Assembly (NCBI GenBank): GCA_947478955.1
Contig: CANJXJ010000002.1
Coordinates: 1,926-65,925 of the forward strand
Length of the DNA stretch: 64,000 nucleotides
Direction of reading: 5' to 3'
Origin: Alphaproteobacteria bacterium
GTDB taxonomy: Bacteria; Pseudomonadota; Alphaproteobacteria; Paracaedibacterales; CAITNM01
Part shown: positions 52,199 to 61,831 of the stretch, in pieces
Position numbering within the stretch: the first letter of the stretch is position 1
Layout of the letters: every line of letters begins with the position of its first letter
Translations under genes and position numbers: made by a program
Notes under the pieces: model-generated
Seen by the model: the letters and a program-made list of their open reading frames with translations, nothing else
Told to the model about the DNA's origin: nothing
Database searches by the model: none

Positions 52199-55078
52199 AT
52201 GATAAATCTTCTTTTTTTTATAACATTTTCTATTTTTTCACTGCATGCGAGAAATTTAACACCTCTTACTCATGAAGAAGTTAAGCATTGTCGTGTATTA
52301 AATGCTTCCTTAATTCGCGCTTCTAAAGGTGCATCATCTTACGATGCTGTAGGTCTATTAGAATTATGCAGGCAAGAGCTTGAGTATAGAAACACAGGCT
52401 GTGTTTGCCCTCTAGGAGATCGTATTGAATATTTTTCAAGACTAAGCGCAGCAGTTAGTTTAGGTCTTGGTTTCGACGCGGGAATTCTTAAGACCCCTAT
52501 GAATGCAACTGAAGCTGGTATATTTAAAGCGGTGGCGAGATTACTAGGAAATCAGCTGCAGAGAGCAGTAGCCTTTGTTACTTTAGCTGATGCTTCCCGT
52601 AGTTTTGAGCGTACTCATTTGCAAGGATTTGATAATGCACTAAGGACAGGAACCCTAAGAGGGCAGCACACAATTGACTTAGGAAAAGCTGCAGCAGAAA
52701 AGGTTGACGCTTCATTAAGGGCCAAGTTGGCTAGGGAATATGCTGATCTTGGTAGGGTTAACACTTATGATCAACCTTTTGAGGTAGCGCTTTTAGTAAA
52801 AGTTATTGGAGCCGTTCCTGCATACTCTGCAAGATTAACTCGTTTTTTGGATGATACATTACCAGCGAATAGATCACGCCTCAGTTTGGTAACACAACAA
52901 TTTTTAAGGCTATTACCTACAATCGCAGCAGACTACATAACATCAGAAAATTTAGGGGACTGCTTAGATGTACTTAGGGATGTAGATCAGGAGCGCGTTC
53001 CCGTGTTATTGACTGCGCTTGGACGAATAGCAAATCTTGCAAGAACAGGCGGATTTATATTTAATACGGAAATGGTTTCAGGTGTACTGCGTAAATTAGA
53101 GGGAATGCGTGTAGATAATATAGTTGACGAACTAGATTCCATTGCTCGAAATTTTCCAAGGTTGCATCCCAATCGTTTCCCAGATTTTTCGAAGTACATA
53201 GCTACAGAACGAGATCCGGATCGAAAAGCGCAATTTCGGGAATCGCTTCGAGCTGCTGTTGCTGGAGATGCTTCTGACCAAATGATTGAAGCAATAACAA
53301 TGCTGTGTGGAAGACAGAATTTATTTAATCGAGTTCCTCTAAGGATTTTCAGTCGCTTTTTTGCAAAATCCATCACAATGGTAAAAGATGCTGTTCGGCC
53401 AACAGAAAAACTAGCCGTTGTTGACAGCTTACAGCGATTGGTGGGACGAAGGATATTGGAAATACTTCCTGAAGAGTACATTATGCCAGATGGAATGTTA
53501 GAAGTGCAGATGCGCCAGTTTGCTGGAATTTTGAGATGTGCTGAAACCTTAAGCGATGTAGAAGTTGCCGCTGCTAGAGTTGTTGATAGGGTTTCCCCAA
53601 AACAACGGTTTAAAGATAATCTATCTCTTTTGCTTGAGGCTCCTGAGGGTGATGGATATGATGATGAAACTGGTGAGCCTTTAGAGGCTGATGATCGACT
53701 CAAAGATGATCGGCCCGCACGTTTGCGATTAATTGCGAATTTATCACGACCAACTACAAGCCAATTTCCTGATGCATTAGTTATGGTTATAAACCAGGTG
53801 GTAGAGAGAGAGAATGTAACAGCTTATTCCATAAGTGAAGATAAATTAAATGGGATTGAAGCACTTTTATCGTTAGGACAAGATCCTTGTGACATAGCTA
53901 GTATGATAATGCAAGTATACCAATTGTCAGAAGAATTTGTGGGGCGTGAACCGGTAGCAAGACTTGCTGAAAGAGTGTATGATCGTATCTTTTTTAATGA
54001 TGCTCTTCCTGCTGATTTTCGTAATCATAGCCACTTAAATTTTGCGGTGGCTCGCTTGAATTATCCAGCTGCTGAACAGAATGCAATGCTTGAGGAGTAT
54101 GTTTATAATCATCGGGTGGTTCTAGAGGAATCCCGAAGAGAACAAGCTAGGCGCGCGGGCGTACAAATTGCTGAGGTTGCAGATGCAGGGCGGCGTGTGG
54201 AATTAAGAACAGTTGGCTGTATGGCAGTTCACCGAATTGGGGCATTAATTTGTAATCCTTTAGAGAATGCCTTAAATGCAGTATTAATAGCTAGAGGGCT
54301 GATACCTGCTGGAGTGCCAGCTGCTCAGGCTACATTGGCGCGATGGATCGAAGAATATGGTACTATTGATCGTATCGATCGTTCTGCTGCGGCTATAGCT
54401 CATGAAGAGGAAGATATTACGAATGCAAAGGTTCGTTATCGGGCCGTTTTGGCAAAGGCTTTAAACCCTGGATATGCCTATCGTGCTGATTTTGATAGGA
54501 TATTATCCAAGGTTGTTTCATACATAGGCGTGAAAGATAAGCAAGAACGAGATGCATGGCTTGTGAATAGTTTAGGCGAAGCGTCGCAGGCGTATGAGGG
54601 CACATCTGTCGCTGGGAATTTAAGTTGTGACAAAGGAATTTGGGAAAGACTGCTGCTTGGTCTTAAGAATCAAACTCAAAGAGAGTTTGATAATATTCTA
54701 GCTGTTATTGATTTGGGAGATTTGGTGACCAATTCCTTTAACACGATGCAAGTGCTCAGATCTCCAGGTATGGATGGACGTGGTGTGATGGTTCAAGCAA
54801 GTAAGCTTTGGGATTTGTGGGAACGTGCACGTCCTGCTACAGCTCCTGTGGCGGTAAGAATTTGGACAGAGGCTATTAACCAAATGCGTGCAGCAACAAC
54901 GGCAGAAGTTATGGAATTGTTGAGATCATCTCGCTATCTTGGTGATGCTGAAGCTCCTCTTAGACAGAATTTCTTGGAGCATACAAATAATACAGCTGAT
55001 CGTATAATAAGAGACTGGAGAGATGGAATTGAAGGTTTATTTGCGCAGTATCAGCGTATTAGAGCAGGCCGTTTTTAG
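52199..55078 (+). CDS. Hypothetical 959-aa protein with an N-terminal hydrophobic leader; R/A/L-rich and compositionally distinct
   Basis: It is a single long ORF starting MINLLFFITFSIFSLHA. I recognised no domain. The amino-acid usage is Arg-rich, whereas neighbouring proteins are Lys-rich. Confidence 0.7.
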   Translation: MINLLFFITFSIFSLHARNLTPLTHEEVKHCRVLNASLIRASKGASSYDAVGLLELCRQELEYRNTGCVCPLGDRIEYFSRLSAAVSLGLGFDAGILKTPMNATEAGIFKAVARLLGNQLQRAVAFVTLADASRSFERTHLQGFDNALRTGTLRGQHTIDLGKAAAEKVDASLRAKLAREYADLGRVNTYDQPFEVALLVKVIGAVPAYSARLTRFLDDTLPANRSRLSLVTQQFLRLLPTIAADYITSENLGDCLDVLRDVDQERVPVLLTALGRIANLARTGGFIFNTEMVSGVLRKLEGMRVDNIVDELDSIARNFPRLHPNRFPDFSKYIATERDPDRKAQFRESLRAAVAGDASDQMIEAITMLCGRQNLFNRVPLRIFSRFFAKSITMVKDAVRPTEKLAVVDSLQRLVGRRILEILPEEYIMPDGMLEVQMRQFAGILRCAETLSDVEVAAARVVDRVSPKQRFKDNLSLLLEAPEGDGYDDETGEPLEADDRLKDDRPARLRLIANLSRPTTSQFPDALVMVINQVVERENVTAYSISEDKLNGIEALLSLGQDPCDIASMIMQVYQLSEEFVGREPVARLAERVYDRIFFNDALPADFRNHSHLNFAVARLNYPAAEQNAMLEEYVYNHRVVLEESRREQARRAGVQIAEVADAGRRVELRTVGCMAVHRIGALICNPLENALNAVLIARGLIPAGVPAAQATLARWIEEYGTIDRIDRSAAAIAHEEEDITNAKVRYRAVLAKALNPGYAYRADFDRILSKVVSYIGVKDKQERDAWLVNSLGEASQAYEGTSVAGNLSCDKGIWERLLLGLKNQTQREFDNILAVIDLGDLVTNSFNTMQVLRSPGMDGRGVMVQASKLWDLWERARPATAPVAVRIWTEAINQMRAATTAEVMELLRSSRYLGDAEAPLRQNFLEHTNNTADRIIRDWRDGIEGLFAQYQRIRAGRF

Positions 55079-55161
55079 TGAGTCTGCACTTGCTGTTCAA
55101 GAAAATACTGTGAGGGGATTGTTAAAAACAAAATGTAACGAATTGTGGAATTATATGGGTG

Positions 55162-55177
55162 ATTCCGCTTGCGGAAT
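55162..55177. terminator. Hairpin between convergent genes, possibly a bidirectional terminator
   Basis: The hairpin is ATTCCG-cttg-CGGAAT, followed by AAATAA. There is no strong U-tract. Confidence 0.3.
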
Positions 55178-55205
55178 AAATAACAGTCTTTGTGGGTTAT
55201 AAGGT

Positions 55206-56036
55206 TTAGGTTTTTGTTAATACTTCGCCTTCATATGCGTAAATATGATAGGTGAAGATCTCACAAAAGCCTAATCGTTGATATACACTTAAGCCATTTG
55301 ATGAAGCATCAAGGAAGCAATGATTAAATCCTTTTGCGTGGGATAAGTTAACGCCAAACTGCACCATCTGTGAACCATAGCCTAATCGCTGATGGGTGGG
55401 GGCAGTGGCTACATTGTCAATACGAACACTATCATTTAAAAACGTTAAGGTAATCGCAGCTATAGGTTCGTCATCTAAAGTTCCAAGATAATGCTGCATA
55501 TCCACCCTACCTTTGGCCCTATCCAGGGCTTGTGCGCATTGAGCGTTGGTTGCATCAGTTCCTCCGAAAGAGCCTTGTAAAATTTGTAGCCAGGCTTTTT
55601 TGTTAACATCAGCAGATTGGATGATTAGCGGGGTTTCAGGCTCGATACTATTTTGTGCTGGCGTTCCCAAAGCGCAATACATAGCTGTAGAATCTTCATC
55701 GAAAATAAGATTGTGAGCTTGAAATGCATGGCGCAAATCTAGTGTATCAAGATAGCTTGGGACAACATAAATCCAGCTTAATATATTGTTCATCGCAAAA
55801 AACTGTTTAGCTTCATTAATTAGGTGCTCTGGTTGATGATGCGCTTTGCGCTGCAAAAATAAATTAAACTTAGCTTCATCAACTCCATCGATGTAGGCAA
55901 CTGCTTCATCAAATACATGGATCTTTAAGCTAATCCCTCTTGAGAAGTGGTGTTCGAGAGCATAGAAAGTATTTTGTAGATCAGACGTCATAATCGTCTT
56001 CGGGTTGCTGCCATAACCGTGCAGCTCGATGTTCAA
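55206..56036 (-). CDS. GNAT-family N-acetyltransferase (C-terminal GNAT fold plus an N-terminal domain of unknown function)
   Basis: The acetyl-CoA-binding region is VATAPTHQRLGYGSQMVQFGVNLSHAKGF...YQRLGF. The start may instead be the ATG at 55991. Confidence 0.75.
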   Translation of the reverse strand: MNIELHGYGSNPKTIMTSDLQNTFYALEHHFSRGISLKIHVFDEAVAYIDGVDEAKFNLFLQRKAHHQPEHLINEAKQFFAMNNILSWIYVVPSYLDTLDLRHAFQAHNLIFDEDSTAMYCALGTPAQNSIEPETPLIIQSADVNKKAWLQILQGSFGGTDATNAQCAQALDRAKGRVDMQHYLGTLDDEPIAAITLTFLNDSVRIDNVATAPTHQRLGYGSQMVQFGVNLSHAKGFNHCFLDASSNGLSVYQRLGFCEIFTYHIYAYEGEVLTKT

Positions 56037-56430
56037 ATGCTGCCATCATTGTTTGGGCGGCGCTATCTAAAAATTTTCCAACGGTAATTTGTAATAAGGT
56101 TGATTGCAATTTGAAATCAACGCAGAAATTAACCAAGCATCGATTATTTTCATAATTTGTAAAGTGCCAGCGGGACTCTAAAAACTTGAATGTATTATCT
56201 GGTTTAGCTTTTGCTTCAACTGCATCGCCAAAAATAAAGACTTCTGATCGATAGGTTTTTTCAAATGAACCCGCGCCTATGGTTAAATCTGCCTCAAAAA
56301 AATCATTAGTTTTAGGATAAATTGCTACCGCTTTTAACATGGGTAAAAATGATGGGTATTGTTCAACATCTGCTACAATCTCTTTTAAAAAATCAGCAGG
56401 GTAGGGCAGTACCTTAGATGTTTGAAACAT
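55981..56430 (-). CDS. SRPBCC/START-fold protein (COQ10/RatA family)
   Basis: It is 149 aa with [16 protein letters not shown]...WHF. It lies downstream of and overlaps lipA, which is the common alphaproteobacterial arrangement. Confidence 0.85.
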   Translation of the reverse strand: MFQTSKVLPYPADFLKEIVADVEQYPSFLPMLKAVAIYPKTNDFFEADLTIGAGSFEKTYRSEVFIFGDAVEAKAKPDNTFKFLESRWHFTNYENNRCLVNFCVDFKLQSTLLQITVGKFLDSAAQTMMAAFEHRAARLWQQPEDDYDV

Positions 56431-57322
56431 GGGATTTTACCATAGCATTGCGTGCAGCTTGAAGACGCATAAAATCATCCCCAGCATGGTAGGAGGAACG
56501 GGTGAGTGGGCTGGCCGCAATTAGCAAAAAACCTTTTGCCCGGCCTCGGCTTGCATATTCATTAAATTGTAAAGGTGTAACAAAATCCATTACTGGATGG
56601 TGTTTAGGGGTGGGCTGTAAGTATTGACCAATGGTCATGAAATCAACCTGAGCCGAACGTAAGTCATCCATGACTTGAAAAATTTCATGCTTTTGTTCTC
56701 CTAAGCCTACCATAACGCCCGATTTTGTAAAAATAGTTGGATCAAGTTTTTTAACTGTATCAAGTAAGCGTAAGGAATTGAAATATCTAGCACCTGGACG
56801 CACAGTTGCATATAACCGTGGTACGGTTTCAAGATTATGGTTAAACACATCTGGTTTGGCTTTAACCACAATTTCTATGGCATGTTCTTTACGCAAAAAA
56901 TCTGGAGTGAGAACTTCAATGGTTGTATGGGGAGATAATTCTCTGATTGCTTCAATAACTTGGGCAAAGTGGTTGGCCCCCCCATCTTCTAAGTCGTCTC
57001 GATCAACGGATGTAATCACTACATGGGATAAGTTCATCTTTGCAACAGCTTGACCAACCCGTTCCGGTTCGTGGGGGTCTAGAAGGTCAGGCAGTCCAGT
57101 TTTAACATTACAAAAGCGACAAGATCTAGTGCAGACATCCCCTAAAATCATAAAAGTTGCATGGCGTTTTGCCCAGCATTCACCAATATTAGGACACGCA
57201 GCTTCCTCGCACACCGTATGTAGTTTGTGTTCACTGACAATGGCCTTAGTCTCAAAATATTCTTTTGAGTTGGGTGCTTTAACCCTAATCCAATCAGGTT
57301 TTTTAAGCTGCGTGGATTCCAC
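56414..57322 (-). CDS. lipA: Lipoyl synthase
   Basis: It has a [12 protein letters not shown] cluster, the radical-SAM CTRSCRFC motif, and SGVMVGLGE. Confidence 0.96.
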   Translation of the reverse strand: MESTQLKKPDWIRVKAPNSKEYFETKAIVSEHKLHTVCEEAACPNIGECWAKRHATFMILGDVCTRSCRFCNVKTGLPDLLDPHEPERVGQAVAKMNLSHVVITSVDRDDLEDGGANHFAQVIEAIRELSPHTTIEVLTPDFLRKEHAIEIVVKAKPDVFNHNLETVPRLYATVRPGARYFNSLRLLDTVKKLDPTIFTKSGVMVGLGEQKHEIFQVMDDLRSAQVDFMTIGQYLQPTPKHHPVMDFVTPLQFNEYASRGRAKGFLLIAASPLTRSSYHAGDDFMRLQAARNAMVKSHVSNI

Positions 57323-57331
57323 CTGGTGTCC

Positions 57332-57835
57332 CTATTGTGTGTTTACGCGAATATCACGGGCTTTTAACAAAATAATATTTTCCAATTCTCTTGATGCATT
57401 CATATCAATACCAGCATCGTGCCATTGGTTATTTTGTTTAACCTGCTTATATACGCTAACCTCTAATGCATTAGAGCGCAACTCGCGGTCTTTAATGCGC
57501 ACCTGAATTTTAATGCGGTCTTTTGCATTAGGCGGTTGGTACCAATCAGTGACTAAAATTCCCCCTGCACCATCAGATGAAATAAGTGGCGCGAATTTTA
57601 AAGTATCAAGGCTAGCCTGCCATAAAATGCGATTAACAACTTGACCGCCAGCATCATTTGTACGACCACTAATTTTTTCAGAGCCCAAGGTAATACCTTC
57701 TGGACCTGCTAGAGATCCAAAACTAAGTTTTGTTTTATCTTCTCGAGATTTTGGGGCTTCGGCAGTTTGCTGGGTAGTCGAGCATGCGCTCAACACTAAC
57801 AAGAAGCCTACACTAACCGCTTTTTTAAAAAACAT
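57332..57835 (-). CDS. DUF3576-family lipoprotein
   Basis: I chose the ATG at 57835 because it gives MFFKKAVSVGFLLVLSAC with a lipobox. ILWQASLDTLKFAPLISSDGAGGILVTDWY matches the DUF3576 core. Confidence 0.8.
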   Translation of the reverse strand: MFFKKAVSVGFLLVLSACSTTQQTAEAPKSREDKTKLSFGSLAGPEGITLGSEKISGRTNDAGGQVVNRILWQASLDTLKFAPLISSDGAGGILVTDWYQPPNAKDRIKIQVRIKDRELRSNALEVSVYKQVKQNNQWHDAGIDMNASRELENIILLKARDIRVNTQ

Positions 57836-58152
57836 CTGAAATTGAAAATGCAAATAGTAATGCAACATAGCCAATTTCTTAAATTTTTTCGAGCGTTTCT
57901 ATTGAATTTATTTTTTTATTTTTCTAGGTACGCCTTAAATGAAGCGTAAAGCAAATTTAAACAGTGTTAATAGGTTTTTAATTTTTGTGATTCATACTGA
58001 AAATGAAACAACTGTTGAAGTAACGTAAGAAAATGAAAATTACAAACCAAAAACTCAAAATTAACGCTGGTTTGTGCGTCATGGTAATTCGCATTATGGC
58101 ATGATTTTCACGATTTAGCGTGACTTCACCAGCAAAGGTAGCGGAGGAAGTC

Positions 58153-59982
58153 ATGATACATAGGTTTTTTTTAATAATTCTTATTACGGTTGTTAACCTA
58201 ACGACGACCTTAAAAGCCACGGATATTTATCCAGATAACCTCCCTGATTTATTTTGGGAGCTGCGAGAACACTTTTATAAACAGCTAGCAAAACCTTCGG
58301 CTACAAAGGCAAACTTTCAAACTGAAATATGTCAATTTGTTAGAGTGTGTGATTATATTTCTTCTGAATCAATTTTGAGGTCTAATCTTCGTAATGATTT
58401 TGAGAAGTATGTGCCAATTCTGACTACTGCTTCTAAGGTTGATATTTTAAGCGCTCTAGACGGTCTAGAAGAAGGAGCTAGACTAGCTTGCGATGATTTT
58501 TACTCTACACGCCCTATACCTGGGTATATCCCAGCAGTAGCTTCAGACATACTGCATGAAGCGGCAAGCATGTATCCAAGCAATATTTCAAGTTATTTTT
58601 GGGTTGCGCGTGACTATTTTTATGATCTAGTCGGATTTGAAGAATCTACTCCAAAAGAACTTCGTAGTGCTTTATGTGAATTCATTAGTGTTGGTGACTA
58701 TGTAGCTTCAGAACCTTTCATGGTAACGACATTACGAGAAGATTTTAGGTTGTTTGCTACTAAAAAGGGGATTGAACAGAAAAGGAAAGAAGAAGTATTA
58801 GGCGTTTTATCAGAACTGGAAGCATTAAATGTTTATACGGTTAGGCCAATACCAGGATATAGCCCTCTTAAAACAGCTGCCGATGCAGCGCAAAGCAATC
58901 TTTTTTTGAAAACGCTTTTGGAACGTATTGTCAAACAGCAGGCTTTAATTGCTGAAGCTAAAGCTTTTATGGGAACTGCCTTTGGCGACCTTTTGACTCC
59001 CACAGAAATAGCCACTCGTCTTAAGGTAACCATCCGGGGGCAAGATGCAGCCATGGACGCCTTGGGACTTATTGGCCATAAAATTATGGCGCAAATTCGT
59101 TTAAAACAGGCGGACTCAGAATGGGAGTTTCGTCCACCTCACGCATTTTTGGTTGGAAGATCAGGTTGTGGTAAAACGCAATCAATTATTGAATTGTGCA
59201 AAATTATTGGGATTCCTTGGGTTAGGGTAAATGCGCCTGAAGTTGTTGGTGAAGGATTCAAAGGACCGACTTTATCTTATTATTATGAACAGTTAAAACA
59301 ATTAGGAAAAATCCCTCCCTACGCCATTGTGCTATTAGACGAAGCAGGAAAAATGGGCAAAACAGGTTCTGGAGATGATGCACCAAAATACGGGGGCAGT
59401 ATTATGAGAACATTGCTAGCTCATATGGACGGAGCACCGGTAAAATTGCCAGTAGGAGCATCAGGAGTCGAAGAAGCAATGTCTACCAGTTGCTTTACGT
59501 ATCTTGCAACTGATGCTTGTGCTCATGTACCTGATTCAGTGGAGTTAACTGCAGAAGCCTTAAGCCATCATACTGGAATGCCGCTAGAATTAGTCAATCG
59601 ATTTAGTCAAGGAATTATCAAATTACGTCCTCATACAACAGCTAGCTTGGTTGATATTTTGAAAAACAACCCTAAGGGACCTTATGCTCACGAAGTTAAG
59701 TTTTTCAAAAAGATGTACAGTATGGATTTAGTAATTGAAGATGAAGGGCTAAAAGCTATAGCTGCTAGATCAATTGAAGATTCAACAGGAGCGCGTAAAC
59801 TTGAAGAAATGCTGGTGCATATATTGGCACCACTGTATGATATAGATCACTTACCAGCCGGGGTACTTACAGATGTTGATGGTGTTCGAAAGATTACTAT
59901 AACGAAAAAATTTGTTGAAGCTCATTTGCCACCACCTGCTGAAAAGACAGATGATGGGCCACCTTTTGGTATGTACGTTTAG
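58153..59982 (+). CDS. ClpX/HslU-like AAA+ ATPase with an N-terminal hydrophobic leader and a duplicated novel N-terminal domain
   Basis: The ATG at 58153 follows GGAGGAAG. Walker A is GRSGCGKT (59155-59178) and Walker B is IVLLDEAGK. The pore-loop-like motif is GEGFKG and the sensor-2-like motif is STGARKLEE. Two repeats of about 100 aa precede the ATPase domain. Confidence 0.75.
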   Translation: MIHRFFLIILITVVNLTTTLKATDIYPDNLPDLFWELREHFYKQLAKPSATKANFQTEICQFVRVCDYISSESILRSNLRNDFEKYVPILTTASKVDILSALDGLEEGARLACDDFYSTRPIPGYIPAVASDILHEAASMYPSNISSYFWVARDYFYDLVGFEESTPKELRSALCEFISVGDYVASEPFMVTTLREDFRLFATKKGIEQKRKEEVLGVLSELEALNVYTVRPIPGYSPLKTAADAAQSNLFLKTLLERIVKQQALIAEAKAFMGTAFGDLLTPTEIATRLKVTIRGQDAAMDALGLIGHKIMAQIRLKQADSEWEFRPPHAFLVGRSGCGKTQSIIELCKIIGIPWVRVNAPEVVGEGFKGPTLSYYYEQLKQLGKIPPYAIVLLDEAGKMGKTGSGDDAPKYGGSIMRTLLAHMDGAPVKLPVGASGVEEAMSTSCFTYLATDACAHVPDSVELTAEALSHHTGMPLELVNRFSQGIIKLRPHTTASLVDILKNNPKGPYAHEVKFFKKMYSMDLVIEDEGLKAIAARSIEDSTGARKLEEMLVHILAPLYDIDHLPAGVLTDVDGVRKITITKKFVEAHLPPPAEKTDDGPPFGMYV

Positions 59983-60743
59983 TGTTCTAAAAACTGTTCG
60001 TGAAGGATGCGCTCTTCTAGGTGGTGATTAGGATCAAATAAAAGCGTATAGGGCATAGAGGAATCTAATCGGATGTTGACAGTATGAACCTTATGAATTA
60101 AGCGTTGATCAGCTGTTAGTTTTACCGGCCGCTGGTCAGGGTGTAATACTTCCAGTTCCACTTTAATAGAATTGGGTACTAAAGCACCTTTCCAGCGACG
60201 TGGCCTAAATGGACAAATAGGTGTTAAAGCAATTAACCCTGATTCTAGGGGAAGAATTGGCCCGCCCGCTGATAGGTTGTACGCTGTACTTCCTGCAGGG
60301 GTTGCAACAATTAACCCATCGCCAATTAATGAATTCAGCTGCGTTTTATCATTGAGCTTGATTGAAATTTTTGAGGTTTGTGCAGAACTTCTAAATAAAG
60401 AAATTTCATTAAATGCTTGCACTTCAGAAGATTGTCCAAAAATATCAGTTACTTCTGCTTTCAAGGGCAATAAAATCGTAGGTTTTGCGTTTGCAAGTTT
60501 TTCTTCAAGCGTTTCTAGCTGTTCAGCGTTGTTTAGTAAAAATCCGATGGTGCCTGTATTGATTCCATAAACAGGTATTTTGTGGTTTTTTAATTGGTGA
60601 AGGGTGTGCAGCATAAACCCATCACCACCTATGGCAATAATAATCTCCGCTTGTTCAACGGGGACTGTTTTCATAAAACCTTCAATTGATTGTGCTAGAT
60701 TTTTTGCCTTAAGCTTATGAGATGCCAGTACTGTAACTTTCAT
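59979..60743 (-). CDS. nadK: NAD kinase
   Basis: Motifs are IAIGGDGFML, GINTGTIGFL and ATPAGSTAYNLSAGGPI. Confidence 0.92.
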   Translation of the reverse strand: MKVTVLASHKLKAKNLAQSIEGFMKTVPVEQAEIIIAIGGDGFMLHTLHQLKNHKIPVYGINTGTIGFLLNNAEQLETLEEKLANAKPTILLPLKAEVTDIFGQSSEVQAFNEISLFRSSAQTSKISIKLNDKTQLNSLIGDGLIVATPAGSTAYNLSAGGPILPLESGLIALTPICPFRPRRWKGALVPNSIKVELEVLHPDQRPVKLTADQRLIHKVHTVNIRLDSSMPYTLLFDPNHHLEERILHEQFLEH

Positions 60744-61831
60744 TAGCCTAGTTCACCTACATAAATACCCATCGCTTTTGCAGTTTTTATTAAAATGCCT
60801 TTTGGATCGACTTCGTTATAGGTATCAATCGTTGACTCAATAGGTACAGCTTCAACCTGATTATTACGCCAGATAACCATTTTTCCAAAATTTTTTTCAA
60901 ATACCATATCAACGGCTTTGACTCCAAATGCTGTAGCTAAAATTCGATCTTGAGCGTTTGGCTGGCCCCCCCGCTGTACATGGCCTAAAACCGTAAAACG
61001 AGTATCAGCCTGAATACGCGCTTCTAGTTCAGCGCAAAGGTACTGAGAAATTCCTCCATAGCGTGGTCGATCATTGTAAGATGTCCCCCTTAAAACTGAA
61101 TCCCCCCCTTGGGTTTTTACAGCTTCTGACACAATAATTAATGAAAAATTTCGTCCCGAAGCGCTAATGTTTTGGACATGCTGACAGATTGATTCAAGAT
61201 TGTAAGGAATCTCTGGGATTAAAATGACATCTGCACCACCGGCAATTCCGGCTGATAGAGCTATATGGCCAGCATCACGCCCCATGACTTCCAAAATCAT
61301 GACGCGCTGGTGACTAGCAGCGGTCGGCTGTAGGCGATCAAGGGCTTCAGTTGCCACGCTTACGGCAGTACTATAACCAATAGAAAAATCTGTTTGAGCA
61401 AGGTCATTGTCAATGGTTTTAGGGATGCAGACTAGGTTCATGCCGCCTTTTTTCGCAAGCTTACTATTAATGCGCATGCTACCATCCCCACCAATGGCAA
61501 TAATGGCGTCAAGCTTAAGGTCATGATAACCAGCAATTGCATCATCCGAACGATCACTTTTTAAGCCATCATCTGATGGAAAAAAGAAGGGGTTTTCTTT
61601 TGTGGTACTTCCTAAAATTGTTCCAGCAGAACGCAACATGCTTTGGTCGCAATTTGAAAGGGTTAGCGGTATATATTCCATAGGTCTGCGAATTAATCCG
61701 CTTGTACCTTTTAAGATTCCAAAAACTTCACAATCATAATGCTGAATGGCATGCAGGGTAATTGCCCGAATTGCGGCATTTAAACCAGAGCAATCTCCAC
61801 CACTGGTTAAGACACCAATTCTTTTTATCAT
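60743..61831 (-). CDS. pfkA: 6-phosphofructokinase (ATP-type signature)
   Basis: Motifs are IGVLTSGGDCSGLNAAIR, IGGDGS, PKTIDND and MGRDAGHIAL. Confidence 0.93.
   Translation of the reverse strand: MIKRIGVLTSGGDCSGLNAAIRAITLHAIQHYDCEVFGILKGTSGLIRRPMEYIPLTLSNCDQSMLRSAGTILGSTTKENPFFFPSDDGLKSDRSDDAIAGYHDLKLDAIIAIGGDGSMRINSKLAKKGGMNLVCIPKTIDNDLAQTDFSIGYSTAVSVATEALDRLQPTAASHQRVMILEVMGRDAGHIALSAGIAGGADVILIPEIPYNLESICQHVQNISASGRNFSLIIVSEAVKTQGGDSVLRGTSYNDRPRYGGISQYLCAELEARIQADTRFTVLGHVQRGGQPNAQDRILATAFGVKAVDMVFEKNFGKMVIWRNNQVEAVPIESTIDTYNEVDPKGILIKTAKAMGIYVGELG

Noticed and set aside
52987-53703. The 238-aa minus-strand ORF inside the 959-aa gene
   Set aside because: It is S/R/A-rich and featureless, has no RBS, and is fully nested antisense to a much longer ORF. 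I take it as a symptom of the locally atypical composition rather than as a gene.
54560-54760. A possible NEL-type (IpaH/SspH) E3-ligase catalytic region around LGEAS...NLSCDKGIWERLLLGL...FDN...LG in the 959-aa ORF
   Set aside because: The resemblance comes from my memory of the NEL region and is loose. The motif here is C-D-K rather than the C-x-D (CED) signature, about 55 residues of the NEL thumb region would be missing, and there is no LRR domain. This is not supportable without an HHpred or structure search.
55981-56430. The RatA-family protein as a type II toxin, and hence a toxin-antitoxin system
   Set aside because: There is no small antitoxin partner. The gene overlaps lipA in the arrangement typical of the COQ10/SRPBCC lipid-binding homologues of alphaproteobacteria, so I treat it as housekeeping.
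57978-58220. The 80-aa minus-strand ORF in the gap upstream of the AAA+ gene
   Set aside because: It overlaps the AAA+ gene's RBS and start codon and is AT-rich and hydrophobic by composition only. It has no RBS and resembles nothing I recognise.
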